DNA of 64,000 nucleotides from Flavobacteriales bacterium (GTDB taxonomy: Bacteria; Bacteroidota; Bacteroidia; Flavobacteriales; BACL11): contig PAHP01000007.1 of assembly GCA_002705205.1 (NCBI GenBank), forward strand, positions 128,122-192,121, given 5' to 3'. Position numbers and translations under genes: made by a program. Below, piece by piece: positions 1-9,526 of this stretch (position 1 is its first letter; each line of letters opens with the position of its first letter). The notes beneath the pieces are model-generated. The model was not told the DNA's origin. It saw only the letters and a program-made list of their open reading frames with translations, and made no database searches.

Positions 1-2
1 TG

Positions 3-1682
3 ATTGCACTGGCGGATGATGTTTTATTAGAGCGCTTACGAAAACACTATAGTAATGTATATAGCTTGTCTTATAAAGAGATAAAGAATGATACTAAGGA
101 TTATCGTGCCGATAGAATAACAGCTTATTTGGAGATGGTAAATCAATTAGCATCAGAAAAATTTGAAGAATTTACAACAGCTACTAAAGATAAGTTTGAA
201 GAGGTTAAAAAATATTTTGCAATGTTGCCTGATGGTAGTGATATTAAGCAAGAATTTAATAGGTTAACTGAAAGCTCATTTAGTTTTGAGGATTTGTCTT
301 GTTGGTTAAAAGATAATCTGTCAATGGGAAGCATTGATGTAAATATCATGACAAAAGTTGATAAAAAAAATTATTTTAAAAGAGAGGAATTACCTTCAGA
401 ATACAATGACGCACATGCAGGCCTTAGAGGCTATGCAAATTCTAATTTAGCATCTTCAGTAATATTCTCTGCAGGAATGAATCCTAGACTTTATGGTTAT
501 ATTGCCAACTTTGATGATTTTTTCCCTGATAAAAATGGGTATATTAAGAAAAAAATAATACTTAAAGTCTCTGACTATAGATCAGCAGTTATTCAAGGTA
601 AATTTTTAGCTAAAAAAGGGTTGTGGGTTTCAGAATATCGTATTGAATCAGGTTTAAACTGTGGAGGACATGCTTTTGCTACGGATGGTTATTTAATGGG
701 TCCAATTTTAGCAGAATTTAGAGATAAAAGGCAAGAACTAATCAATGATACTTATGCTATTTGTAAGATGGCATTAGAGGCAAATAGCAGAACGATTCCT
801 GAAAAGATTTTGCCGATAAAAATTACTGCACAAGGAGGTGTTGCTACTGCTGAAGAACATAATTTTTTAATTAATTATTATAAATTAGATACTGTAGGTT
901 GGGGAACTCCTTTTTTATTGGTTCCTGAGGCCACTACAGTCGATGCTAAAACTCGAAAACAATTACAAGAGGCAAAGGAAAATGATTTGTATTTGAGTGG
1001 TATTTCTCCTTTAGGAGTTCCTTTTAATAATTTGAGAGATTCATCTAAAGATATAGAAAAATTTGAAAAGATTGCCGAAGGCAAGCCAGGAAGTTCTTGC
1101 CCGAGAAAGTTTTTAGCATTGAGTGATGAATACGGAAGAGAGGGGGTTTGTACTGCTTCTCGTTTATATCAAAAAAATAAAATTGATGAACAAGGGATTT
1201 CTGATCAGATTACAGAAAAAACCTGCTTATGTATGGGGCTTGCCGCAACTGCAGTTATAAACTATGAAGTGCAAACACGTGAAAGTAAAGGTGTTTCAAT
1301 TTGCCCAGGACCAAATATGGCTTATTTTGATAAGGAACTTACTTTGCAGGATATGTCTTATCATATATATACTGGCAATGATGATGTTGTTCGTGGTGAT
1401 CGGCCTAATATGTTTGTTAATGAATTAGGCATGTATCTTACTTATTTGGCTGATAAAATAGATGAACATAAAGAAAATTGGGGTAGAAAGTCAGCTAAAT
1501 ATTTAAATGCATTTACATTAAATATGAACGAGGGGATTGCATACTATAATGAATTATTTTCTTCTATTGGAGATACTTTTAGTAGTGTAAAAGAATCTGC
1601 TTTTGATTCATTAAATGAAGCAAAAGAGAGCATGCATAAAATGGGAGAGGAGATAAACTCTCTTATAGAGGAAAAGAAATGA
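3..1682 (+). CDS. Hypothetical protein, 5'-truncated by the window edge; possible FMN/TIM-barrel oxidoreductase-like fold
   Basis: The ORF-track ORF 66..1682 begins at a TTG, but the same frame stays open back to nt 3 (...IALADDVLLERLRKHYSNVYS LSYKE...), so the gene probably starts upstream of the window. Motifs ESGLNCGGHAF and ITAQGGVATAEE loosely recall the AGGH and GG loops of NMO/FabK-type flavoenzymes. No confident family call. Confidence 0.6.
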   Translation: MALADDVLLERLRKHYSNVYSLSYKEIKNDTKDYRADRITAYLEMVNQLASEKFEEFTTATKDKFEEVKKYFAMLPDGSDIKQEFNRLTESSFSFEDLSCWLKDNLSMGSIDVNIMTKVDKKNYFKREELPSEYNDAHAGLRGYANSNLASSVIFSAGMNPRLYGYIANFDDFFPDKNGYIKKKIILKVSDYRSAVIQGKFLAKKGLWVSEYRIESGLNCGGHAFATDGYLMGPILAEFRDKRQELINDTYAICKMALEANSRTIPEKILPIKITAQGGVATAEEHNFLINYYKLDTVGWGTPFLLVPEATTVDAKTRKQLQEAKENDLYLSGISPLGVPFNNLRDSSKDIEKFEKIAEGKPGSSCPRKFLALSDEYGREGVCTASRLYQKNKIDEQGISDQITEKTCLCMGLAATAVINYEVQTRESKGVSICPGPNMAYFDKELTLQDMSYHIYTGNDDVVRGDRPNMFVNELGMYLTYLADKIDEHKENWGRKSAKYLNAFTLNMNEGIAYYNELFSSIGDTFSSVKESAFDSLNEAKESMHKMGEEINSLIEEKK

Positions 1683-2589
1683 TTTTATCTAATAAAACCT
1701 TAGCAATTTTCATATTACTTTCATGCGTCCATCCAGCAATATGAGGAGATAGAATGGTTCTCTTACTATTAATGAGGTATTTCATTTCATCATTTAATCC
1801 ACCTTTACTTAATGCCTCAAATGATGTTTTTTCATATTCCAAGACATCAAGACAAGCTCCTTTAATTTTACCTGTTTTTATTGCGTCTATTATGCTTTTT
1901 GTATTGGCACACTTTCCTCTTGAAGTATTTATTAAATAGAAATTCTTCTTAAAGCTATTGATAAAATTAGAATCGACTAAATAGGTTGTCTCCTCAGTTA
2001 AGGGTACGTGTAAGCTTACAATATCTGCATTTTCAAATATTTTTTCTATACTACTTTTGTGTTTGTGATTAGATAGATATTTGTCATAAGCTAGAATTTC
2101 AACGCCAAAACCACTTAAAGAGTTAGCAAAAGCAGAACCATTATTTCCATAGCCAATTATCCCTATTGTTTTGCCAGAAAGTTCGATGCCTCTATTTGCC
2201 TCTCTATTCCATTTCCCATTTCTAACCTCTTGGTCAGCCGTGTTTAACTTATTGAATAATGAAAGTATCATTCCAATAGCATGTTCTGCTACTGACTGCC
2301 TATTTCCTTCAGAAGCATTAAAACAGCTTATATTCTTAATCTTGGCATAGTTTATATCAATATTTTCTAGTCCGCTTCCAGCACGAGCAATAAACTTCAG
2401 CTTAGAAGATTTTTCAATAAATAACTTGTCAATCTTAAATCTACTTCTGATAATTATCCCGTCATATACACTGATAATTTTTTCAACTTCTGATTTTGTC
2501 TTTTTATAAGCAGTATCACATGTATTACCGTTATTTTCTAACTCTTCCTTTAATAGTGGGTGTACCGTGTCAACAAATAAAATTTTCAT
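1663..2589 (-). CDS. D-isomer-specific 2-hydroxyacid dehydrogenase (phosphoglycerate dehydrogenase-like)
   Basis: 308 aa. Rossmann GxGxxG (IGIIGYGNNGSAF), RGK...LDV and the catalytic His region SPHIAGWT are typical of the family. Confidence 0.85.
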   Translation of the reverse strand: MKILFVDTVHPLLKEELENNGNTCDTAYKKTKSEVEKIISVYDGIIIRSRFKIDKLFIEKSSKLKFIARAGSGLENIDINYAKIKNISCFNASEGNRQSVAEHAIGMILSLFNKLNTADQEVRNGKWNREANRGIELSGKTIGIIGYGNNGSAFANSLSGFGVEILAYDKYLSNHKHKSSIEKIFENADIVSLHVPLTEETTYLVDSNFINSFKKNFYLINTSRGKCANTKSIIDAIKTGKIKGACLDVLEYEKTSFEALSKGGLNDEMKYLINSKRTILSPHIAGWTHESNMKIAKVLLDKIISFPL

Positions 2590-2595
2590 ACTAGA

Positions 2596-3948
2596 CTAGA
2601 GTATAGTTTGACCTATCCAAAAATAGATAAATAGTCCGAGGACATCATTTACTGTAGTTATAAAAGGGCCTGTTGCTAGTGCTGGGTCAATTTTGTATTT
2701 TTCGAGAGTTAAAGGTATAAATGCCCCAAAGAGAGCGGCAAATACAATAACTGCAAGCAAAGAAATACTTACTGTTAAACTCAATTCCATGCCATATCCT
2801 AGTCCAAATGTAGCTATTAATATTATTATAGAACAAATAATTCCATTTAATAATCCTACTCCTAACTCCTTAAATAACTTATGTAAAAGATTTTCCATTT
2901 TGAGTGAGTCATTTGCTATCCCTTGCACTACAATAGCTGCTGATTGAACTCCAACATTCCCTCCCATTGCAGCAATTAAAGGAATAAAAAATGCTAATTC
3001 AAAGTGCTTTTCTAAATTAAATATTCCAATTACTTTTGCTCCAAATAATCCTCCTATCATTCCAATTAATAACCATGGAAGTCTTGCTCTTGTAAGTTCC
3101 CAAATAGTATCGCTGCTTTCTACATCTTCAGATATACCGCTTGCTAATTGATAATCTTTTTCCGCCTCTTCTTTCGCAACATCCATTACATCATCAATAG
3201 TTATTCTCCCGATTAACCTTCCGATATCATCTACAACTGGTAGAGCTACTAGATCATATTTTTGCATGATATTAGCGACATCTTCATCATCTGTTGTTGC
3301 TTTTACAGATATAATATCTGTTGTAATTATATTCTTTATAGCAATTGATCTTTGAGTAAGTAACAATCTCCTTAATGACATCAGTCCTAACAGTTTGTTG
3401 TCATCATTGACCACGTAAATTGTATACACTTTTTTTACATCATTTGCTTGCTTACGCATTTCTTTAAGGCACTGCACAGTATTCCAATTTTCGTTTACTT
3501 TGATCAGCTCTTTTGCCATAAGTCCACCAGCAGAATCTTCGGGGTAGTTTAATAAATCACTAATATCATTTGCATGATCAATATCCTCAATATGAGATAG
3601 TACTTCTTCCTGAGTCTTGTCTGATAATTCTCCAATTACATCAGCCGCATCATCAGACTCTAACTTGTCAATTACTTCTTCAGCAATTTCTTTTGCGCTT
3701 AGATCAGAAAGCAGATTCTCTCTTGTATTATCTTCTAAATCTACGAGTATTGCTGCAGATCTTTCTTCATCAGAGATTAAATTAAAGATATATTTAGCAT
3801 TGTCTGATGATAGGGTCTCAATTACTTCAGCAATATCTGCAATGTGAAGCTCCTCAAGCTTTGAAACTACTTTAGTTGAGTCTTTATGCTCGATTAAAGT
3901 AGTTAATTCTTGAATATAGATACTATTTATTTCTATTTTATTGGACAT
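2596..3948 (-). CDS. mgtE: Magnesium transporter MgtE
   Basis: 450 aa. Acidic MgtE N-domain, CBS pair (ALPVVDDIGRLIGRITIDDV), and a C-terminal 5-TM domain with MGGNVGVQS. Confidence 0.9.
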   Translation of the reverse strand: MSNKIEINSIYIQELTTLIEHKDSTKVVSKLEELHIADIAEVIETLSSDNAKYIFNLISDEERSAAILVDLEDNTRENLLSDLSAKEIAEEVIDKLESDDAADVIGELSDKTQEEVLSHIEDIDHANDISDLLNYPEDSAGGLMAKELIKVNENWNTVQCLKEMRKQANDVKKVYTIYVVNDDNKLLGLMSLRRLLLTQRSIAIKNIITTDIISVKATTDDEDVANIMQKYDLVALPVVDDIGRLIGRITIDDVMDVAKEEAEKDYQLASGISEDVESSDTIWELTRARLPWLLIGMIGGLFGAKVIGIFNLEKHFELAFFIPLIAAMGGNVGVQSAAIVVQGIANDSLKMENLLHKLFKELGVGLLNGIICSIIILIATFGLGYGMELSLTVSISLLAVIVFAALFGAFIPLTLEKYKIDPALATGPFITTVNDVLGLFIYFWIGQTIL

Positions 3949-4690
3949 GATTTGTTAATCTGATAAAATCATCAACGGTTAATTGTTCAGCTCGTAAAGG
4001 TAGTAAATTTGCTATTTTACTTTCATTTATTAATTTAAAAGGTTTTAAAGCATTTTTTAAGGTTTTTCTTTTTTGATGAAAGCCAGCCTTTACAACTCGT
4101 TTAAATTTTTTTTCATCAACAGATAGTTTTTTCCTCTCATTCCGAACTAATTTTATTACCCCTGATTTTACTTTTGGAGCAGGGTTGAAGACATCTTCAT
4201 TTACTGTAAAGCAGTATTCAATGTCATAGAATGTTTGTAAAAATACAGATAGAATTCCTCTTTTTTTTCCTTTTTTAGAAGTTACCCTCTCAGCTACTTC
4301 TTTCTGGAACATACCAACTATTTCATGTATTTGATCTTTATTTTCAAATACTTTGAATAATATTTGTGATGAGATATTATAAGGGAAGTTTCCTATTAAT
4401 GAGAAATTGTATGGATATTTTTTTTTAAGATTAATTTGTAGAAAGTCACCCTCATGGATGTCTAATTTTGGGTAATTTAGCCTGAGGTAAAATACACTTT
4501 CTGTGTCAATCTCTATAACTTCAGTTTTATAATCATTTTTTACTAGAAATTGTGTTAGTATTCCCATACCTGGACCAATCTCTACAACATTTCTTGTATT
4601 ATTATTTAGTAATTTTGTAATGTTAAAAGCAATCGTTTCGTCATTTAAGAAATGCTGACCAAGGTGTTTTTTTGCTCTAACATCTTTCAT
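3938..4690 (-). CDS. rsmA: 16S rRNA (adenine1518/1519-N6)-dimethyltransferase RsmA/KsgA
   Basis: 250 aa. N-terminal KKHLGQHFL, SAM motif VVEIGPGMGILT, and NFPYNISS. Confidence 0.9.
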   Translation of the reverse strand: MKDVRAKKHLGQHFLNDETIAFNITKLLNNNTRNVVEIGPGMGILTQFLVKNDYKTEVIEIDTESVFYLRLNYPKLDIHEGDFLQINLKKKYPYNFSLIGNFPYNISSQILFKVFENKDQIHEIVGMFQKEVAERVTSKKGKKRGILSVFLQTFYDIEYCFTVNEDVFNPAPKVKSGVIKLVRNERKKLSVDEKKFKRVVKAGFHQKRKTLKNALKPFKLINESKIANLLPLRAEQLTVDDFIRLTNHVQ

Positions 4691-5439
4691 TATGATTTTC
4701 TTAAACTTTTAAAAAGTTCAGAAGCAAATACAAACTTGTTTAATTCTTTATTATCTGATTTAAAGAGGTTCTCCTTAGTGCCAGTCCACCATATCTCTCC
4801 TTGGTGAATAAAAGCAACATTCTCTCCAATCTGCATTACTGAATTCATGTCATGTGTATTTACAATAGTAGTAATATTATATTCTTCAGTAATTTCTTTG
4901 ATCAGATTGTCAATTACGATTGATGTTTTTGGGTCAAGACCAGAGTTTGGTTCATCGCAGAAAAGGTATTTTGGCTGCATTACTATTGCTCTTGCAATTG
5001 CAACTCTTTTTTTCATTCCGCCACTTAATTCACTTGGCATTAATTTATTAGTGCCTTCTAGATTAACTCTTTTAAGACAAAAGTTTACTCGCTCTAACTT
5101 TTCTATATTAGATCGTTCTGTAAACATCGTTAATGGGAATATAATATTTTCTTCGACGGTCATATAATCGTAAAGAGCTCCTCCTTGGAAAAGCATGCCT
5201 ATTTCTTTTCGTAAAGATTTTTTCTCTTTACTCTTCATTTGATTCATGTCAGTGCCATCAAAAAGCACAGAGCCAGTGTCATTCTCATAAAGTCCAACTA
5301 ATATCTTAATTAAAGTAGTTTTCCCTGACCCACTCTCTCCAATAATTAGATTTACTTTGCCTTGTTCAAATTTATGTGTCATGTTTTTTAAAACATGATG
5401 TTCTCCAAAATATTTTTCAATGTTTTTAATTTCTATCAT
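4690..5439 (-). CDS. ABC transporter ATP-binding protein (MlaF-like)
   Basis: Walker A GESGSGKTT, signature LSGGMKKR, Walker B LFCDEP. Its start overlaps the end of the upstream MlaE-like permease by 4 nt, and its stop overlaps the rsmA start (TAATG). Confidence 0.85.
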   Translation of the reverse strand: MIEIKNIEKYFGEHHVLKNMTHKFEQGKVNLIIGESGSGKTTLIKILVGLYENDTGSVLFDGTDMNQMKSKEKKSLRKEIGMLFQGGALYDYMTVEENIIFPLTMFTERSNIEKLERVNFCLKRVNLEGTNKLMPSELSGGMKKRVAIARAIVMQPKYLFCDEPNSGLDPKTSIVIDNLIKEITEEYNITTIVNTHDMNSVMQIGENVAFIHQGEIWWTGTKENLFKSDNKELNKFVFASELFKSLRKS

Positions 5440-6176
5440 GCTAAAAGAAGCTTTGTAAGAATAAAATTAAAAAATAAGATTATAATACTGCTATAAACTA
5501 CTGCTTTTGTACTTGATCTTCCTACTTCTATTGACCCCCCTCTAGTAAAATATCCAAAATAAGATGATACTGAAGAAACGATAAAGGCAAAGAATAATGT
5601 TTTAACTATTGCATAAGTGATATAGAATGAATTAAACTCATATTTTAATCCGTAAAGAAAATCAGCAGTGGTGACATTTGCAGATAATCCTCCAACCCAA
5701 GCACCAACCATTCCAATGCCCATACTAATTATTACTAAAAATGGGAAGAATACTATTGCAGCAATTATTTTTGGCAAAATTAAAAATGATGCTGAATTTA
5801 CTCCCATTATGTCTAATGCATCTATTTGCTCACTAACCCTCATGCTTCCAATTTCTGAAGCAATACTTGAGCCTACTTTTCCAGCTAATATTAGAGAAAT
5901 CATTGTAGGAGAGAATTCTAATATTAATGAATCACGGCTGGCTAAACCAACTAAATATTTTGGTAACAAAGGGTTTGTCATGTTAAAGGCAGTTTGTATG
6001 CTTACAACTCCACCTACAAAGAATGAGATAATTACAACTATGCCTAATGAATTAAGTCCTACTTTTTCTAGTTCTAATAGGCATTGCTTCTTAAACGCAC
6101 TCCACTTTTCTGGGATACTTAAAACTTTCTGCATCATAATAAAGTATAGGCCTAAGTGTTTGAGTAATTTTAACAT
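5436..6176 (-). CDS. ABC transporter permease, MlaE family
   Basis: 246 aa polytopic membrane protein directly upstream of the MlaF-like ATPase. Size and hydrophobicity pattern fit MlaE/YrbE. Confidence 0.8.
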   Translation of the reverse strand: MLKLLKHLGLYFIMMQKVLSIPEKWSAFKKQCLLELEKVGLNSLGIVVIISFFVGGVVSIQTAFNMTNPLLPKYLVGLASRDSLILEFSPTMISLILAGKVGSSIASEIGSMRVSEQIDALDIMGVNSASFLILPKIIAAIVFFPFLVIISMGIGMVGAWVGGLSANVTTADFLYGLKYEFNSFYITYAIVKTLFFAFIVSSVSSYFGYFTRGGSIEVGRSSTKAVVYSSIIILFFNFILTKLLLA

Positions 6177-6195
6177 TAAAAATTAGTAATTTGTT

Positions 6196-6203
6196 TAAAT
6201 TTG
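6196..6203 (+). promoter_or_regulatory. Bacteroidetes -7 promoter box TAAATTTG
   Basis: Matches TAnnTTTG, 8 nt upstream of the sORF ATG at 6212. Confidence 0.35.
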
Positions 6204-6211
6204 CATTTATT

Positions 6212-6346
6212 ATGAAGATACAAAAATATCATCTTTTATTAATTATTGCATTATTAGCTCTTATTTCTTGTGGAACAACAAAGAAGAACGGTTGTAATAC
6301 TTGTCCTAATTTCTCTTCAAACAGTAGTGTAAAAGAGTTAGTCTAA
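6212..6346 (+). CDS. Small putative lipoprotein (44 aa), below the ORF-track length cutoff
   Basis: MKIQKYHLLLIIALLALISCGTTKKNGCNTCPNFSSNSSVKELV*. Signal peptide with lipobox LISC, and a -7 box just upstream. It fills an otherwise empty 213-nt gap. Confidence 0.4.
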   Translation: MKIQKYHLLLIIALLALISCGTTKKNGCNTCPNFSSNSSVKELV

Positions 6347-6351
6347 ATAAC

Positions 6352-6359
6352 TATATTTG
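6352..6359 (+). promoter_or_regulatory. -7 promoter box TATATTTG
   Basis: Matches TAnnTTTG, 30 nt upstream of the ATG at 6390. Confidence 0.35.
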
Positions 6360-6389
6360 CCACGCTAGATATACAATAGATAGGTAAAT

Positions 6390-7496
6390 ATGGAATTTAA
6401 TCTTTGGTCATTTATTTTAGATAATCTTGAAGCAGCAGGTGCAATAGGAGGCTATGTTTCGTTATCAATTATTGGATTTGCTTTAATTAGTTTTGCAACC
6501 AAAACAAGACATGATAATATAGCGAATAAGATTGGTCCTAAGTGGACACATCCTATTGTTGGCTCTTTATTGGGGGCAATCCCTGGCTGTGGTGCAACAA
6601 TTGTAGTCGCTTCATTATATAAAAATAACAAAATATCGTTTGGGGGTTTATTTGCTACTTTTATTAGTACGTTAGGAGAAGGATCATTTGTTTTATTAGG
6701 AGCTTCTAATGAAGCGGATGTTGCAGGGAACTTAAAAGCATATATAACAATTACTATATTTGGATTAATTGCAGGAGTTATTTTTGGCTATTTATCAGAT
6801 ATCCTCGGATTTAGAGCTAATTCTGAAAATAATCAGCCAAATTATACGGATGATCAAAGCTTTCAAGCCAAACAAAATTCTTCAGCAAGCATATTTATTG
6901 AGGATTTTGGTTTTTATGCTATCATAGCGATGGCTATATTTTTAGCTCCCGGTTCTATTATGGCTTTATGGGGTGGAGGTATTGATGCTATTTCAAACCT
7001 AACTTATTGGGTTGCAGTATCACTTACGGCTACCTGTATAATCTTTTACTGTGTCAGTGTTTTTATTTATACATATCACGACTGCTATTCCTCTTATAAG
7101 AATATCAAATCGACCATATTACATGCAATATTAGATGTTGCTATGGTGGTGACATACGTTTTTATTGGGTTGTTTGTTGCTAACTATATCATTGATGTGC
7201 TTATCGGTGAAGATACGTTTCATTCATGGATGGAATCATCAGCATACGTTGTTATATTATTAGCAGCTTTAATAGGAGTAACTCCCGGTTGCGGTGGAAT
7301 GATTGCAGTTGCAGTAGCCTTTATTACAATTCCTAATTTTCCTATGGCAGCATTAATTTCAGCAGCTATAGCAACTAGTGGAGATGGACTTTTTCCGTTA
7401 CTTGCACAAAATAGAAAAGATGGACTTATTGTTTCTGGCGTTGGATTAGTTATTGCTTTAGTTGTAGGTTACATAGCTTTATTTTTAGGCTTCTAA
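6390..7496 (+). CDS. Polytopic membrane protein, putative metal transporter (ArsP_2 / putative manganese transporter-like)
   Basis: 368 aa, about 10 TM segments. The PGCG motif is duplicated, once per half (GAIPGCGATIVVASLY and GVTPGCGGMIAVAVAF). The family name is from memory only. Confidence 0.5.
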   Translation: MEFNLWSFILDNLEAAGAIGGYVSLSIIGFALISFATKTRHDNIANKIGPKWTHPIVGSLLGAIPGCGATIVVASLYKNNKISFGGLFATFISTLGEGSFVLLGASNEADVAGNLKAYITITIFGLIAGVIFGYLSDILGFRANSENNQPNYTDDQSFQAKQNSSASIFIEDFGFYAIIAMAIFLAPGSIMALWGGGIDAISNLTYWVAVSLTATCIIFYCVSVFIYTYHDCYSSYKNIKSTILHAILDVAMVVTYVFIGLFVANYIIDVLIGEDTFHSWMESSAYVVILLAALIGVTPGCGGMIAVAVAFITIPNFPMAALISAAIATSGDGLFPLLAQNRKDGLIVSGVGLVIALVVGYIALFLGF

Positions 7497-7612
7497 TTTA
7501 TATATGTTCTGTGAAATATTTATAAGATTGTTGATAGGACTTTTAAGAAAGTTAGTTTCTGCTTTAACTGACATAGAGATTAACCAAAAAGGCTATAATC
7601 ATACCTTCGTAT

Positions 7613-8227
7613 ATGAGTATCTTTATCATAATGCCTAAGCTAATGAGTTCTTTCCATTCATTTGTACCAAAATCTAGCATACCATTGCTAGAATGTTGGA
7701 TTGCTGAATTAGATTTAGATGTAAGAATATCCAAGCCAAGAAGAAGTAAACTTGGAGATTTTAAGGTTGTAAAGAATCGAATGGTAGTTACTATTAATAA
7801 TAACTTAAATACATATTCTTTTTTAATTACTATCGTGCATGAACTTGCTCACGCATTTGTTTTTAGAGAATATGGGAATAGTGTACCTCCACATGGTAAT
7901 AACTGGAAAGCTATTTATAAATCTATGATGTTGAATTTTTTATCTCCAACTTTTTTCCCTAAGGATATCTTAAAAGTCTTGAGTGGGCATATGGTCCTGC
8001 CTAAAGCATCTACATATTCTGACATTGAATTGGTGAAAGTGTTAAAAAAATATGATGATACAATATTGTTAACTATTTCTGATATTCAAGTTGGTGAGTT
8101 ATTTAAATTATCAAATGGAAGATCCTTTATAAAAGGAGTTAGGTTAAGAAAACGATTTAGGTGTATTGAGGAACAAACCAACAAGGTATATTTATTTCAT
8201 CCTTTTTCCGAGGTAATTCGTGGATAA
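7613..8227 (+). CDS. SprT-like zinc metalloprotease domain protein
   Basis: 204 aa with the HExxH motif VHELAHAF followed by a His/Asn-rich segment. The exact start is ambiguous (three in-frame ATGs within the first 12 codons). Confidence 0.65.
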   Translation: MSIFIIMPKLMSSFHSFVPKSSIPLLECWIAELDLDVRISKPRRSKLGDFKVVKNRMVVTINNNLNTYSFLITIVHELAHAFVFREYGNSVPPHGNNWKAIYKSMMLNFLSPTFFPKDILKVLSGHMVLPKASTYSDIELVKVLKKYDDTILLTISDIQVGELFKLSNGRSFIKGVRLRKRFRCIEEQTNKVYLFHPFSEVIRG

Positions 8228-8280
8228 TACATTAAAGTATAAATTGTTGTATTTTAGCAGGAATTTTTTTGAAAAGCTTA

Positions 8281-9363
8281 ATGAAGATAAATAAAAATAA
8301 TTATGCTGTAATAATGGCAGGAGGAATTGGCTCAAGATTTTGGCCGATGAGTAAGAGAGCATTCCCAAAGCAGTTTATAGATATTTTAGGAACAGGAGAT
8401 ACCCTAATTCAACAAACATATAGTCGATTAAAAAGAATCTGTTTTTCTGAGAATATATTTGTTGTGACAAATGCAAATTACAAGCATTTATGTTTAAAGC
8501 AATTGCCCGATGTGCCTGAGAGTAATATTTTATGCGAACCAGCTATGAGAAATACAGCTCCTTGTATTGCTTATGCCTCTTTTAAGATTTATAGTATAAA
8601 TAAGAATGCTAATATGATAATTGCAGCATCTGATCATATTATTTTAAATGAAGGCGAATTTGTTAGGGTTATGCAAGATTGCTTAGAGGTTACTGCAAGT
8701 AATAATATCTTATTAACTTTAGGGATTAAGCCTTCTCGACCCGAAACAGGATATGGCTATGTTCAATTTACAGAAGAAAGAATTCCAAATTATAAAAAAG
8801 TAAGAAGAGTAAAAACATTTACTGAAAAACCTAATCAGGAGTTAGCTCTTAACTTCCTAGACAGTGGTGATTTTTTGTGGAATTCAGGAATGTTTGTTTG
8901 GAGTGTTGCGTCAATTACCTTAGCATTCCGTAAGCATTTGCGTGATATGTATGATGTATTTAGTGAGGGTAAACAATTTTATAATACCGCTGAAGAATCA
9001 GAGTTTATTAATAGAGTATTTCCAGGATGTAAAAACATCTCTATTGACTATGGATTGATGGAGAAGTCAGATAATGTATACGTTTATCCTGCTAATTTTG
9101 GCTGGAGTGATTTAGGGACGTGGGGGTCTCTTTATGCTCATCTTGATTTAGATGAACATAATAATGCTTTGCAGGGGGATAATGTAAGGTTATATAACTC
9201 ATCTGAGAATCTAGTGAAGATGCCTCATGATAAGTTAGTAGTTATACAGGGTATGAATGGTTATATTATTGTTGAGGATGAAGGCACATTACTTATTTGT
9301 AAAAAGGAAGATGAGCAGCACATTAAGAAATTTGTGTCGGATATAAAATCTGATACTGAATAA
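8281..9363 (+). CDS. manC: Mannose-1-phosphate guanylyltransferase
   Basis: N-terminal AVIMAGGIGSRFWPMSK nucleotidyltransferase motif, and GMFVW/WSDLGTW downstream. I prefer the ATG at 8281 to the ORF-track TTG at 8269. Confidence 0.85.
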   Translation: MKINKNNYAVIMAGGIGSRFWPMSKRAFPKQFIDILGTGDTLIQQTYSRLKRICFSENIFVVTNANYKHLCLKQLPDVPESNILCEPAMRNTAPCIAYASFKIYSINKNANMIIAASDHIILNEGEFVRVMQDCLEVTASNNILLTLGIKPSRPETGYGYVQFTEERIPNYKKVRRVKTFTEKPNQELALNFLDSGDFLWNSGMFVWSVASITLAFRKHLRDMYDVFSEGKQFYNTAEESEFINRVFPGCKNISIDYGLMEKSDNVYVYPANFGWSDLGTWGSLYAHLDLDEHNNALQGDNVRLYNSSENLVKMPHDKLVVIQGMNGYIIVEDEGTLLICKKEDEQHIKKFVSDIKSDTE

Positions 9364-9494
9364 TACGTCTTCAAAAGAACTCTTTATAGTTGTTTTTCTT
9401 GGTTTTAATTAAAGTCATAAATCATTAAGAATCAATGATCTTAGGATAGGATTGGGCTGTTTTTTTTGTATTTCTTATTTTCATAAATTTATAG

Positions 9495-9502
9495 TATGTT
9501 TG
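9495..9502 (+). promoter_or_regulatory. -7 promoter box TATGTTTG, candidate promoter of the P1-P8 operon
   Basis: Matches TAnnTTTG, 24 nt upstream of the ATG at 9527. The nearest upstream TTG (9466-9468) is further away than the usual -33 spacing. Confidence 0.35.
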
Positions 9503-9526
9503 CAGCTGAATTAACTAAAAGAAATT

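Noticed and set aside
5668-6186. 172-aa plus-strand ORF
   Set aside because: It is entirely antisense to the MlaE-family permease gene, has no motif or signal, and its codon pattern mirrors the real gene. This is a typical shadow ORF.
9421-9439. Hairpin ATCATT-aagaatc-AATGAT after manC as a terminator
   Set aside because: It has only a 6-bp all-A/T stem with a 7-nt loop and no adjacent T-run. It is too weak to call, so read-through from manC into the P1 operon cannot be excluded.
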